This document shows positions 13,379 to 26,638 of a stretch of DNA of 64,000 nt, in pieces (the stretch's first letter is position 1; each line of letters begins with the position of its first letter). The notes beneath the pieces are model-generated. The model made no database searches, was not told where the DNA came from, and saw only the letters and a program-made list of their open reading frames with translations. A program made the position numbers and the translations under genes. This DNA is from Octopus bimaculoides. Taxonomy: Eukaryota. The DNA lies in NCBI RefSeq assembly GCF_001194135.2, contig NC_069000.1, forward strand, positions 20,501,613 to 20,565,612. The letters are read 5' to 3'.

Positions 13379-14189
13379 CAAATGAATGAAGTTGATTGCT
13401 TACGTAACGACTGATGTTTCAGCCTGCGTTGAGAGTTTGTGAACAGAGGCAATAAAATCTATGCTGTTCGATGAAACTCAAAAAGGTTTTTAAAAACGTC
13501 AGTTGCTCTAATTTATAGCATGCTTTCTGTTTTGTAATCCTACTTAGCCATAGCCGAAATATAAGAGAAAATTTAATCAAAACTGTTCAGGAAAGCTATA
13601 TCTAGAAATATGTGAATTCAGTTTTGGAAAATATCTATCGCCATATCAAATTCATCACTTTACGTCATTGAAAACAAGCAGACGATTGTCAGAGTTGTGC
13701 TCTCACAAAGACTGCTGTGTCTGTCTGAGCGACAGTTTTGGATATTTTCTATAAAAGTTTTGTAGTTCATCTCGACTATATTCGTTCAACAATATATCAA
13801 TTATGTCTTTAATCATCAAGCTCAGCTTGTACAACACCGCATCTTAAAGTACAGATTTCGAATTTATTCAATGTTAATATTCTGGAAATATTAAGTTTAG
13901 TATTAGTTGAAAAAAGATAGACACGGTATACCATGTAACCAGAAATTTGATGAATGGACGGTTTTGAAGGTGTATTCAGCCAATATCGTATTGTTTCCTC
14001 TTTTTCTCTTCTTTCTTCTTTTGGAATTTTTACTCTTTGTAATCAAATGTTTTTTCATCATTGGTTTTAAACTCATTAGTGGTGCTTTCTCCAAGATTTT
14101 GAACAGTAACTCTTACAATATGCGTATTTTGGGAATGAAATATAGTTTCCTTAGACTAGTTAAAACTTGGTTTCCTTCTATAACGATTA

Positions 14190-14245
<56 letters not shown>

Positions 14246-14289
14246 TTACTATTTTATAATTTCTACACTAGCAAGTCTTCTATATAATT

Positions 14290-14760
14290 GATGAAGACAA
14301 TCACTTGTAAAAACAATGACTGCTCTAATGTTGCAACTTTCTTGACAATTGTCCTTCTAAATTCTCTTTTTAGATTATCCAATTTTCAAGCAACAATAGC
14401 AAAATATTCCATTGTATTTGGGAATAGAATGGCTTAACATAATCAACTGAAAATGGTATTGTTGTCAAAAGAGAGGGAGAGGTCATCGATTTCAGAAACT
14501 TTGGTACAAATATTATGGATTAGAGAAGCAGCTGAAGGATTATTAAACAGCAACAGATCTGTCGAATAGTTTCATAAACTTAAGCTTTTCTCAGATCTCC
14601 TTGAAAACTCGGGGCAAGTTGCCAATATTGTATACATGAAAACACTTAAGTTTATTAAGAGTTTGGAATAAAACTAACAAATTTTGTGGCTGTTTGATGC
14701 CCTCTGAAAAACATTGTCAACCAACTTTAGTAAAATATTTGATTTAATACAATTACTAGA
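14290..14760 (-). mobile_element. Highly decayed CR1/L2-group LINE RT C-terminal fragment
   Basis: Minus-strand pieces VDNVFQRASN, IHNICTKVS and MEYFAIVA*KLDNLKREFRRTI occur in the expected order for CR1/L2 RT tails (DL..IY.W, HI.NIC.K, LEY.S.VW..KIE.IQR.FTR.I). Similarity is weak. Confidence 0.35.
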
Positions 14761-17499
14761 CATTTCTATCTACAAAAACACAACATACTTTATCATTTCA
14801 AAAAATCTGTAGATGCTTTATGGGCAAAAGTTTCAATATTCGATATTTTTCAAGAGACGATGAGTGAGCCATTATAACTTCGATACACTTTGTATCAGGT
14901 GATCCAAGACAATCTAAAACGTTCAGAATGACTTCAACTTGGTCAAACACTTAGTCCAGTTCCTCATTGAAGCTCTTGAAGTATTTAGTGTTGGTATTTT
15001 ATTTTAAATTTTTGTTAATGCTTCAAACAATTTCCCTCTTCAGTATACATTTTCCAGGGGTATTTTTTTTTTGCATCAGTTACAACATGTGTAAGACTAC
15101 ATATTTTATTCATTAGTTTTTCCCATTCCATATATATTTCCGTTTATTTAGCTTCTACTTTTCCCCATTTAGTGTTGTCTTTGTTTTTCTTATTACATTA
15201 TTTCACTCGAGAACTTTGAAAGCTTCAGTTATGTTGTTTCACTTTTATTAGTGGTTCTTGTTGGGGTCCATAGCCTTTGTAGGTCTCTCTAACTTCTTCC
15301 TAAACTTGTAGGCATGTTGAAAATTTTACGACTGTGTAAAGCTATTAGTTTAACCACAGCGTTTTAGTATTGCTCGTACTTTCTTCCCACAGTTTTATTA
15401 TTTATGTTTATGTAAGTATGTCAGTGTGTGAGTTGGTCTCAGAACAGTTTGGTGGCATTATTTACATACCTTGAATATTAAAACATATTGTAAGTATCGC
15501 GTGTTTTTACTGTACGTAAATTCATGACATGTTTATTAAAGTTACATTCAATCTTTTATCTTATTAGTGTCAAGTTGTTACTGTTTATATTATCAATTAT
15601 ATATATACATGTTCTACTTGTTCTTTTGGATTTTTTTAAAAAATTTATAACAAAGTACATTTAAATATTACTTGGAAAGTAGAAAAACGCACTTGCGAAA
15701 GTGACTTCATGCCTAGCTGACTGATCTCTCTCTTTCTCTCTTTCTCTCTTTCTCTCTTTCTCTCTCTATCTCTGTCTGTCTCCTCTATCTCTATCTCTCT
15801 TTCCCTCTCTCACACACTTTATCTCGCCTCCACTCTTTCCCTCTCTCTCTCTCACACATATCACACGTGTACATATTCTCAGACATGCATTATTACAAAT
15901 GCAGCTATTTTTACACGTTTAGCCGCGCCATTGAAATTGTTTATTCCGATATAGAACAGCTATATCACAAATTCACGGCTGGTTCTTGCAATGATACAAC
16001 AAAAATGCATCTCAGTAAAGTTACCTAGCACTAAAGGTGATCTGCTAAAAAGGTAAAAATAATAAATAGGATAACCATAGTGTTTTTTGCAGAGGAATGG
16101 TAACTGCCTCCTCTATTATTATTATCATCATTATCGTTTTTTGTTTTGAATTTCTTAGACTATGAACGTGATTTCTGACCAGTCTGAGAGAGAAAAGAAC
16201 CATAAAAACAGAAAATTTAAAAAGACAAAACAATTAGGATGAATTTTTCTCTTGATTGGTAAAGTTATATTATTCAAATATGTAATCGCATATTTCTGTC
16301 TTTTTAGAGATTTATCATTGGGATCGTTATGCATCAATCAGATATGCTAAATATTATACCTGATGCTTCATTGATGTCTAAAACTTTCGCACCTGTATTG
16401 AGAGGATGTCATTTTAACTGGATTTATATTTTGATATTTTGTCATCTGCAATCCAGTTATAACAATAATAAGTATAATAGAAATTGTACGAGTTGTACAT
16501 AGTGTATAAGAGATATACCAAACGATAAATTCGGTTACAGGTACAGAATTCAAAATTACAAGTCCATTTCCCTCGTAATTTCAAAAGTCATTTATTAATC
16601 AGGAACACCAAAAATCGTTTTCCACTCAGATCTTTGCGAATGAGGTGGATTGGAGAATGAATTAGAGCAACAGGATGTACTCATTGTTTCAGTGAAGCGT
16701 CATTGGCCTATATTTCACATCAGCTAAGGTCACGTGCTACTCTCTGGAACAGGAGGAAAAATTATATTTCGATAAGTATTTTCAAAAAATATTCTGAATA
16801 TGATCCGGTTACAAATGTATGAACTTTTGTTTAGAACTGAACGGAACTGATGAATAAAGAGACGGCCGATGGTAAAAAGCAATATTCTCCATTCATTTTC
16901 TCCCATGAAACTTGTGTTTCTGTGTCGTTCTCCTTACACTTAGGCTGAATACCTTGTTGCTCTAACTGATCCGGACTTCCTTGTCTTTGCTGAATAAATT
17001 AAGGAATCATTCAACTCACGACTACTGTCATATATTAAATACTAGAGTATTAACCGTCATTTGACAGATAAATTTGAGAGTATTCTTTTATCACTGGAAT
17101 CGCCGCCAGTTAATGCTAAATAGATACAATTGTCAATTTTAAAATTATCCAAACTTCATGGTACTTGTACAAAATAATGAAAGGAAAACTAATTTTAGAA
17201 TAGAAATATTCATCAAACGAAAATTAAATAAAAGAAAATTTTCATTCATCTATCAGCAATAACTACATGTTATAAATAACAATAATACTTATTTAACTAC
17301 CATTTAACATTACCTGATATGACTAAAAATAGCAAACGAGTATTACCAAAAGTACCCGTCATCTGGCTGGTAACACCATAGTTAGTATGTAACCAATTGA
17401 AATAAACCGAATATTATCAGAGTTATCTCCCTTTTGGGGACGGACAAACAGAGATAAAAATATTCTGGCAATTATATTGATAGAATTGTTTCAATAGAG

Positions 17500-18250
17500 A
17501 TGTATTTTTACTCGCTGGTTCTGGAGGAAGGAGTTGTATGCGTAGCCTTTGCAGCTCCTCCTAGAGCCTTTGTAAGTCAACACCGGCGGGGATCATATCA
17601 GCAGGTAAGGGATTCTCGAGACCTTATGTCCTAGAAAGGAATAACTGGGTGTAGAGATTACTGCAGGTCCTGGGAGGCTGCGTACAAGGGTGATGTGGGT
17701 AGGCCAGACAGGTGGGACGAAAGTGATTTAGTCGGGGTAGGTAGCTCCTTAGGAGCAAAGGCCATTCACTGTAGAGACAATAAAAAAAGACTGAGGAAGG
17801 AATAAATATGTCGGTGGGGCAGAAGCTGCAGTGTATCCCTGCGTAACACTATGACATTCAACAGGGTCTAGAGTATTTATGTGGGTAGCAGTAACACTGT
17901 CCCGATGTCAGAGCAACTACTACGTTGTAGGCTTCATTTAAACTTTATAGAGTATCAATAATTGTTCGTGGCGTAAGTACCTGCTGGATGTAAAGGAAAA
18001 GGCCAGTCTTTAAGGTGTCAGTCTTCTAGATATGTTAAAGATGTGCTTTCCTTATGCTAAGGATGGATCCTTATTTCAAGTGAAGCACAACTGGAGGGGT
18101 TTTAAGGGCTGCAGCTGTGTGCTGCATATGATGAAGGGCAGTGGTGTGGTTAGGGTTTCTCGATATGAACATCGTTTGCATTTCTTCACTAATGAAAGAC
18201 AAAAGCTTGGGATAACCTCACAGATATAGAGGAATTTTATGTATAACTGC
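17500..18250 (-). mobile_element. Decayed Jockey/CR1-group LINE, 3' part of RT ORF
   Basis: GC-richer island. Minus-strand fragments SRYLRHEQLLILYKV*MKPT, (Y)CSDI, THINTLD and LPRTCSNLYTQLFLSRT*GLENPLPADMIPAGVDLQRL match the conserved RT tail pattern (LL.LYK..RP.EYCS.IW ... RT..LWN.LP..FP...LQ.FK). Disrupted by stops and frameshifts. Confidence 0.7.
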
Positions 18251-18381
18251 ATTAACAACACAATATACATACAAGCATACACAAACATACACATTCATAT
18301 ATATATGTATATATGAATGTATGAATGTATGCATGTATGCATGTGTGTATGCATGTATGTATGTATAGACTCTGTCATACC

Positions 18382-18421
18382 GGCCATGACGAAGGGAAAT
18401 AGCCCTGAAACTCGAGTCGCC
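18382..18421 (+). ncRNA. Minimal hammerhead ribozyme motif with damaged core
   Basis: GGC-C[A]TGACGA-AGGG-AAATAG-CCCT-GAA-ACTCGAGT-C-GCC. Stem I GGC/GCC, 4-bp stem II, 8-bp palindromic stem III, GUC cleavage site. One extra A sits in CUGACGA. Confidence 0.55.
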
Positions 18422-18591
18422 TTTATATACTTATATTTATATATTTATATATTTGATCCTTTATATTGAACACTCAATATTTCATCTACATTCAATACTT
18501 TCTTTCATGGTGCCATCCATTTTTATTTTATTTTATTTTATATTATATATTGTATATTATATTATATATTGTATATTGTATNNNNNNNNNN

Positions 18592-18717
18592 TATCAGGGA
18601 GTGAATAATTATTACAATTAAAAGGGTAAAGGATTATCAATTTATTAATTTATTAATAAATTAATAAATTGATAATCCTTTACCCTTTTAATTGTAATAA
18701 TTATTCACTCCCTGATA
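18592..18717. repeat. Perfect 126-bp palindrome
   Basis: TATCAGGGAGTG...CACTCCCTGATA is self-reverse-complementary about 18654/18655 with no spacer. The left end abuts a 10-N gap. Confidence 0.9.
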
Positions 18718-19247
18718 TTAAACCGCAGATTTTCTGCGGTATTGCTTGTGACGCACATGGTAATTCTTGAGGAGGGATGATGAGCTGGCTGGCCTATGCA
18801 GGTTCGGAGATGTTTTCAAACTGTGCCGATGAATGATGTCGCTCGGTCATACATGCACAATTGCTAGCATCGTCGAATTTGCAACTGGAATATCATACTG
18901 ATGAGGTAATGAAGGATTTGCACTTCTAAACCAGAAACGCGTATATGATTAACTACGACTAGTTTGGTTCGTTTATTCTTTTCTTCTTGTTTTGCCTTTA
19001 TGAGTTACAAGTAATGCTATCTGTTAAAGTGTCAGCACTTTAGCTGCTATTTCTGAACTTCGGTATGTGGTGAAGCAACTGTTGCTGACCCCTTAATTAT
19101 GTTTATAAATGTATAAGAACTTTTAAATAAGTTCTTCACAGATAATGGTGTTTTCATACCGAAGGGCTTAGTAAAAATTATTAATTATTAATTTATTAAT
19201 AAATTAATAAATTGATAATCCTTTACCCTTTTAATTGTAATAATTAT
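18642..19247 (+). mobile_element. Non-coding 543-bp unit with 63-bp direct repeats and one hammerhead (Penelope pLTR or retrozyme-like)
   Basis: 18642-18704 is identical to 19185-19247. The interval contains a GC hairpin (18722-18740) and a hammerhead motif (18892-18949). No ORF in the track. Confidence 0.6.
18892..18949 (+). ncRNA. Type I hammerhead ribozyme motif (Penelope-type)
   Basis: ATCATA-CTGATGA-[GGT AAT GAAG loop CTTC TAA ACC]-A-GAA-ACGCGT-A-TATGAT. Perfect 6-bp stem I, intact cores, palindromic stem III ACGCGT, GUA cleavage site. One extra A lies before GAAA. Confidence 0.7.
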
Positions 19248-19258
19248 ATATATATAGG

Positions 19259-19296
<38 letters not shown>

Positions 19297-19355
19297 CATA
19301 CATACATACATACATACATACATACATACATACATACATACATAGACAGACAAAT

Positions 19356-19393
<38 letters not shown>

Positions 19394-19654
19394 GGATAGA
19401 AAGATAGATAGGTAAATAGATAGATGGATACTACTGTCTAATATCCCATCCTATGATGAGTGGCAACGTTCACACTACACACCATCGAAACAATCTTGCA
19501 CATTTACCTCCCACCACGATTCCGACGATTTCGCACGGTGATCTCTGTAGAGAGCTAAATCTCAAAATCTAGGCTACCTTTTAAGGTACCCAAAATATCT
19601 GAACCCTTAGATCAGTTTGCACAAAGGTCAAGTAAAACTTAGCTTGGAATGTTA

Positions 19655-20031
19655 CACCGATTTATTTAGATATTTATACAGTTTGTCTTTGTACCTGAGC
19701 CATGACTGTCCAACATTTCTGTGTCCATTACCAAGCTGAATATACATAAGGACTCTAGATATTCTTTTGTCATACATTCTGATGACATGGCCAACCCAGC
19801 CTAGTTATGACTGCATGACAAAGGTCTCCATACTTCCAATTATAAACTTAGTGAAGAGATCGGCGTTTCATATTTTGTTCCCATGAGTGTAATCACAGAT
19901 TGCCCAAAGACAGCTTTTGTGAAAGACGTCTCGTCGGTTGATGTGCGACCTGAATGGAGTCCAAGATATTGATCCATACAGGAGTGTGGCCTGTGAGACA
20001 GCCTTGTAGACTTCTGTCGTGGTGTCTAGTT

Positions 20032-20129
<98 letters not shown>

Positions 20130-20312
20130 AGAAACAATGACAGTGTTTGCCAAATGCAGTCGAAGGTTTGCATATGTTATCTCGATATCGAGAGATCCAT
20201 TTGAGTCCATCTTACTGCCAAGAGATATGAGTGATTTCACATACTGGAGATTCTTTTTTCCATTGACCTTGATAGGGGTGCCTAGGAACGTGTGGTTTCT
20301 GTTTGACACCTT
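19655..20312 (-). mobile_element. Decayed RTE-clade LINE, RT C-terminal region
   Basis: Minus strand gives NLQYVKSLISLGSKMDSNGSLDIEIT, IKLDTTTEVYKAVSQATLLYGSISWT and WVGHVIRMYDKRISRVLMYIQLGNGHRNVGQSWLRYKD. These match RTE motifs (F.YLGS...G.D.EI; TKLKVY.AVV..TLLYGSE.W; WAGHV.RM..R.P...G.R..GRP..RY.D). Interrupted by a long (TC)n. Confidence 0.85.
20035..20124. repeat. (TC)45 microsatellite inside the RTE remnant
   Basis: Pure dinucleotide run with RTE coding remnants on both sides. Confidence 0.9.
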
Positions 20313-20313
20313 A

Positions 20314-20346
<33 letters not shown>

Positions 20347-20373
20347 GCGTGTGTGTGAGAGAGAGAGAGAGCG

Positions 20374-20422
<49 letters not shown>

Positions 20423-20578
20423 GAGAGCGTGTGTGTGTGAGAGAGAGAGCGCGTGTGTGCGTGTGTGTGTGAGTGTGAATATGTGTGTTATATATTACAA
20501 ATATATATATAACATATATAACACATATAACGCGCGCACACACACACACAAACGCACACACATGCACACATATATGCT

Positions 20579-20730
20579 TTTTACAGTTTCCGTGTACCAA
20601 ATGTACTCACAAGGCTTTGGTCGGCCTGTGGTTATGGAAGAATACACTTGCCCAAAGTGCCGTGAAGTGGGACTGAACTTGCCACCATGTGGTTGGAAAA
20701 CAAACCTCTTACCACACAGCCACGCCTGCA
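20579..20730 (-). mobile_element. tRNA-derived SINE family A, 5' half
   Basis: Reverse complement GCAGGCGTGGCTGTGTGGTAAG...AGTTCAGTCCCAC...TTGGGCAAGTGT...GGCCGACCAAAGCCTTGTGAGT matches 30103-30247. Confidence 0.8.
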
Positions 20731-20906
20731 CCTACAACTAATATATATTGTTAATATAAAATCTGAACAAAATGCATATAGTAAGAATTATCTTTCAACC
20801 CATTCCGATCCATTAATCTACAACTGAAAGAAATCAGTAACTCTTCTAGTCACAGTAAGTCCCTCAAATCCATCGCACCAGTCATGATGGACATTTGGTG
20901 ACAATG

Positions 20907-20984
<78 letters not shown>

Positions 20985-21634
20985 AATATCTATCTGTAGA
21001 TATGTGGATGTGCACACACACATACTTAGATGCAGGCTTGTATATAAGTATAATTGTTCATGTGTGGGGGGGGGGCGTGAATGGGTGGATATATATATAT
21101 ATATAACGTATTTAAGTACATGCAGGCAGGTCAAAAAAGTTGAACATGGAAGAGAGAGAGAGAGACAGGCAGACAGATAGACAGGCAGACAGATAGACTG
21201 AGACAGGGAGAGAGACAGACAGAGACAAAGAGAGTTTCTTATAATCATGACAGCTGGGACCTGGCATCTAGTTATTCGAATTTCATACTCCCAATCACCA
21301 GACTGGATGTGTGAAGTTTGATTTCCAACAACGTGACAGTCGAATAATTAAATGTGAGAGACCAAACTGTCTTTCATTGTCTCTCTATTTATCTCCCTTT
21401 CACTCTTACATACATAGAAATATAGTGATATATATGCACATAGACATACATGTGTATATTTACATATACATATACATGCATACAAATATAGATAAGATGG
21501 ACTGGGAGATATACATATAAATGTATAGATGGATACATGTAGATATATATGCATGGACGTCTGCTCCCCATGTTTTTTTTATATATCTGCAGTCTCTCAA
21601 GAGTACGCAGTATTACTTATATGTATTACAAGTA

Positions 21635-22608
<974 letters not shown>

Positions 22609-22917
22609 GAGAGATAGATTCATTCATTCATTGACTGATATACGGACAGAGATAGAGAGGGAATTGTTGTGTGAAATAACTTTGTCTCTTTGTTGATATT
22701 ACCGAACGCACTATATCACTTGACACGTAGTAATTCATATGTCTGTATCATCTCCATTCATTTAATTGACCTCGACGAGCTACGTTTCTATAAGAAGCCT
22801 ACGAATATTTAAGTTGTACGGGACCTAATCAAACTGATATATATCTAAGCCCTACTAAATGTCTCGAGTGCCAATTTCATTTTTCCCCTCACCAGTGTGT
22901 GTGTGTGTGTTGTGTGT

Positions 22918-22968
<51 letters not shown>

Positions 22969-23909
22969 NNNNNNNNNNNNNNNNNNNNNNNNNNNNNNNN
23001 NNNNNNNNNNNNNNNNNNNNNNNNNNNNNNNNNNNNNNNNNNNNNNNNNNNNNNNNNNNNNNNNNNNNNNNNNNNNNNNNNNNNNNNNNNNNNNNNNNNN
23101 NNNNNNNNNNNNNNNNNNNNNNNNNNNNNNNNNNNNNNNNNNNNNNNNNNNNNNNNNNNNNNNNNNNNNNNNNNNNNNNNNNNNNNNNNNNNNNNNNNNN
23201 NNNNNNNNNNNNNNNNNNNNNNNNNNNNNNNNNNNNNNNNNNNNNNNNNNNNNNNNNNNNNNNNNNNNNNNNNNNNNNNNNNNNNNNNNNNNNNNNNNNN
23301 NNNNNNNNNNNNNNNNNNNNNNNNNNNNNNNNNNNNNNNNNNNNNNNNNNNNNNNNNNNNNNNNNNNNNNNNNNNNNNNNNNNNNNNNNNNNNNNNNNNN
23401 NNNNNNNNNNNNNNNNNNNNNNNNNNNNNNNNNNNNNNNNNNNNNNNNNNNNNNNNNNNNNNNNNNNNNNNNNNNNNNNNNNNNNNNNNNNNNNNNNNNN
23501 NNNNNNNNNNNNNNNNNNNNNNNNNNNNNNNNNNNNNNNNNNNNNNNNNNNNNNNNNNNNNNNNNNNNNNNNNNNNNNNNNNNNNNNNNNNNNNNNNNNN
23601 NNNNNNNNNNNNNNNNNNNNNNNNNNNNNNNNNNNNNNNNNNNNNNNNNNNNNNNNNNNNNNNNNNNNNNNNNNNNNNNNNNNNNNNNNNNNNNNNNNNN
23701 NNNNNNNNNNNNNNNNNNNNNNNNNNNNNNNNNNNNNNNNNNNNNNNNNNNNNNNNNNNNNNNNNNNNNNNNNNNNNNNNNNNNNNNNNNNNNNNNNNNN
23801 NNNNNNNNNNNNNNNNNNNNNNNNNNNNNNNNNNNNNNNNNNNNNNNNNNNNNNNNNNNNNNNNNNNNNNNNNNNNNNNNNNNNNNNNNNNNNNNNNNNN
23901 NNNNNNNNN

Positions 23910-23987
<78 letters not shown>

Positions 23988-24370
23988 TGTGAGCGCATTG
24001 TTACTAGTTGATTGAAGTCCATTTTAAAAAACATTTCGACACCACTGTTAATTACACTTCTTCATTATTCGATTAAATCAAATTTTATTGAACTATTTGC
24101 GTATTCATCGGCCTAACAACTCTCGTGATAGAAAGACGCCAGTAACGTTTAGGGCTTAACTGGGTATGTTAACAGATTGATATAGAAGGATTTTTTTACC
24201 ACTATCCACTCTATGAGCCCCGCATTGCTGTGATATATATATATAGATAGATATTATCTTTGCACATACACGTACACACATACATACATATATACATATA
24301 TATACAGATAAACAGACTCGCAGACACAATCACAGAAGCATATGTATTTATGTACGTACGCGTATGCATG

Positions 24371-24435
<65 letters not shown>

Positions 24436-25910
24436 NNNNNNNNNNNNNNNNNNNNNNNNNNNNNNNNNNNNNNNNNNNNNNNNNNNNNNNNNNNNNNNNN
24501 NNNNNNNNNNNNNNNNNNNNNNNNNNNNNNNNNNNNNNNNNNNNNNNNNNNNNNNNNNNNNNNNNNNNNNNNNNNNNNNNNNNNNNNNNNNNNNNNNNNN
24601 NNNNNNNNNNNNNNNNNNNNNNNNNNNNNNNNNNNNNNNNNNNNNNNNNNNNNNNNNNNNNNNNNNNNNNNNNNNNNNNNNNNNNNNNNNNNNNNNNNNN
24701 NNNNNNNNNNNNNNNNNNNNNNNNNNNNNNNNNNNNNNNNNNNNNNNNNNNNNNNNNNNNNNNNNNNNNNNNNNNNNNNNNNNNNNNNNNNNNNNNNNNN
24801 NNNNNNNNNNNNNNNNNNNNNNNNNNNNNNNNNNNNNNNNNNNNNNNNNNNNNNNNNNNNNNNNNNNNNNNNNNNNNNNNNNNNNNNNNNNNNNNNNNNN
24901 NNNNNNNNNNNNNNNNNNNNNNNNNNNNNNNNNNNNNNNNNNNNNNNNNNNNNTATATATATATATATATATTTATAGAACATGACACATGTTTTAAGAA
25001 GATAATCCTCATTAGGTGGCCTAATCGATTAATAATTTTTTTCTAAATAAATCTCACAGTGATTGATCAATACAGCTAGTAATTATTAATTTATTTTACT
25101 AAATTCTATTATTTCTTAGTGGATTCAAATTTGTTCCCTTTTTTTTTTACGGTTATTGAAGTATAATATATTTGAAACTATTCCTGTTCTAGCTCCCAGA
25201 GATGGTACAAGTTACTCTTGATTCTTATCCTGAATATATATATATTCAGGATAAGGCTCAATTAGTTATTCCTTGCATGCTCTCAACAAAACTACACTCA
25301 GTACTGAGATGTCAAAGTTGGATCTAAACATAAACTTATAAAAAATAAAATTTAACAAATTAATTGTGTTTATTGTTGTATCGTTTTGATATTTAAAGGT
25401 TCGAAAGAATTAGTATTTGAAATTTCGATTGGATCAACTCTTTCTAAAATCATTAGAAAGAAATAAAACTAATAACAAGACTGAAGAAAATTTCTATAAC
25501 TGTAATACCCAGCAGTGAGACGAAAATACTCCATTGATTCTCTCGTCTTCTGTTTTATCAGATATGCCCTTTAATAAAAGTGTGACAACCCGTGAGACCA
25601 GAAACGTTTTGTATTCCGCAGAACACAGAGTGAAGTATTCGATTATTTATTACGATGATAATAAGTTGCTTTTTCTCAGTGGATGCATATGTGTTACTTC
25701 ATACGGATGTGTATGTGAAATTGTACCTGACTGAAGATGTCAGACCGAACTGGTCGTTAGATCCAACTGGCTTAACGAAACAGAGAAATATTACGAACAA
25801 TGCGCGTTAACTCTTTAAATGTACTATATTCATACTGAGAAGTCATTTGAAAAGGCAAGGAAACTACGGATTGATAAGTTATAGATTTTAAAGTTCAGTT
25901 TAAAAATCGC

Positions 25911-25946
<36 letters not shown>

Positions 25947-26023
25947 GTAGATAGAAATAGATAAACAGACGCGCAGACTCACAGACACAGACACATATGT
26001 ATATGTATACGTACGCGTATATA

Positions 26024-26065
<42 letters not shown>

Positions 26066-26169
26066 CATATATATGTACATATATATATGTATGTGTTTGT
26101 GTATACAAATATATGTGTGTGTGCGCGTGTACGAGTGTGTGTATGTATGCATGTATGTATGTATGCATG

Positions 26170-26200
<31 letters not shown>

Positions 26201-26603
26201 CTGTGTGTGCATGAGAAATTACGATAAACGCAAGTTTATATCATTAGCTCCTACGTATGTTTCACCATTATGGTTGCTTGAGACCCTACTTTGGATGTTT
26301 AATCAGAACGAATCAACCGGGAATACATTATTGCGTAAAGTTATATGCACACGCACACACACACAAACATACAAACACATACATTTGTATAACCCTCATA
26401 CATGCATACACGTACGTGAGTATATACGTTTGAATGTTTGTGTATGTTTGTTTGAGTGTGTGTGTCACTGACCGCTAGAGAAACACACTCAAGAAGTGTT
26501 TTGTAGTGCAAAATAAAATCAAGATAAAGCACATTAGAAATATAGTAGAGGTAGTTATGGTTTAAGGAAACGTCTAAAAGAAAAACTGGTCCATATGTGT
26601 GTA

Positions 26604-26638
<35 letters not shown>

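Noticed and set aside
25727-25795. CTGAAGA...GAAAC with nearby small hairpins as a hammerhead
   Set aside because: Stem II cannot close (T opposite C) and no stem I or III pairing is present.
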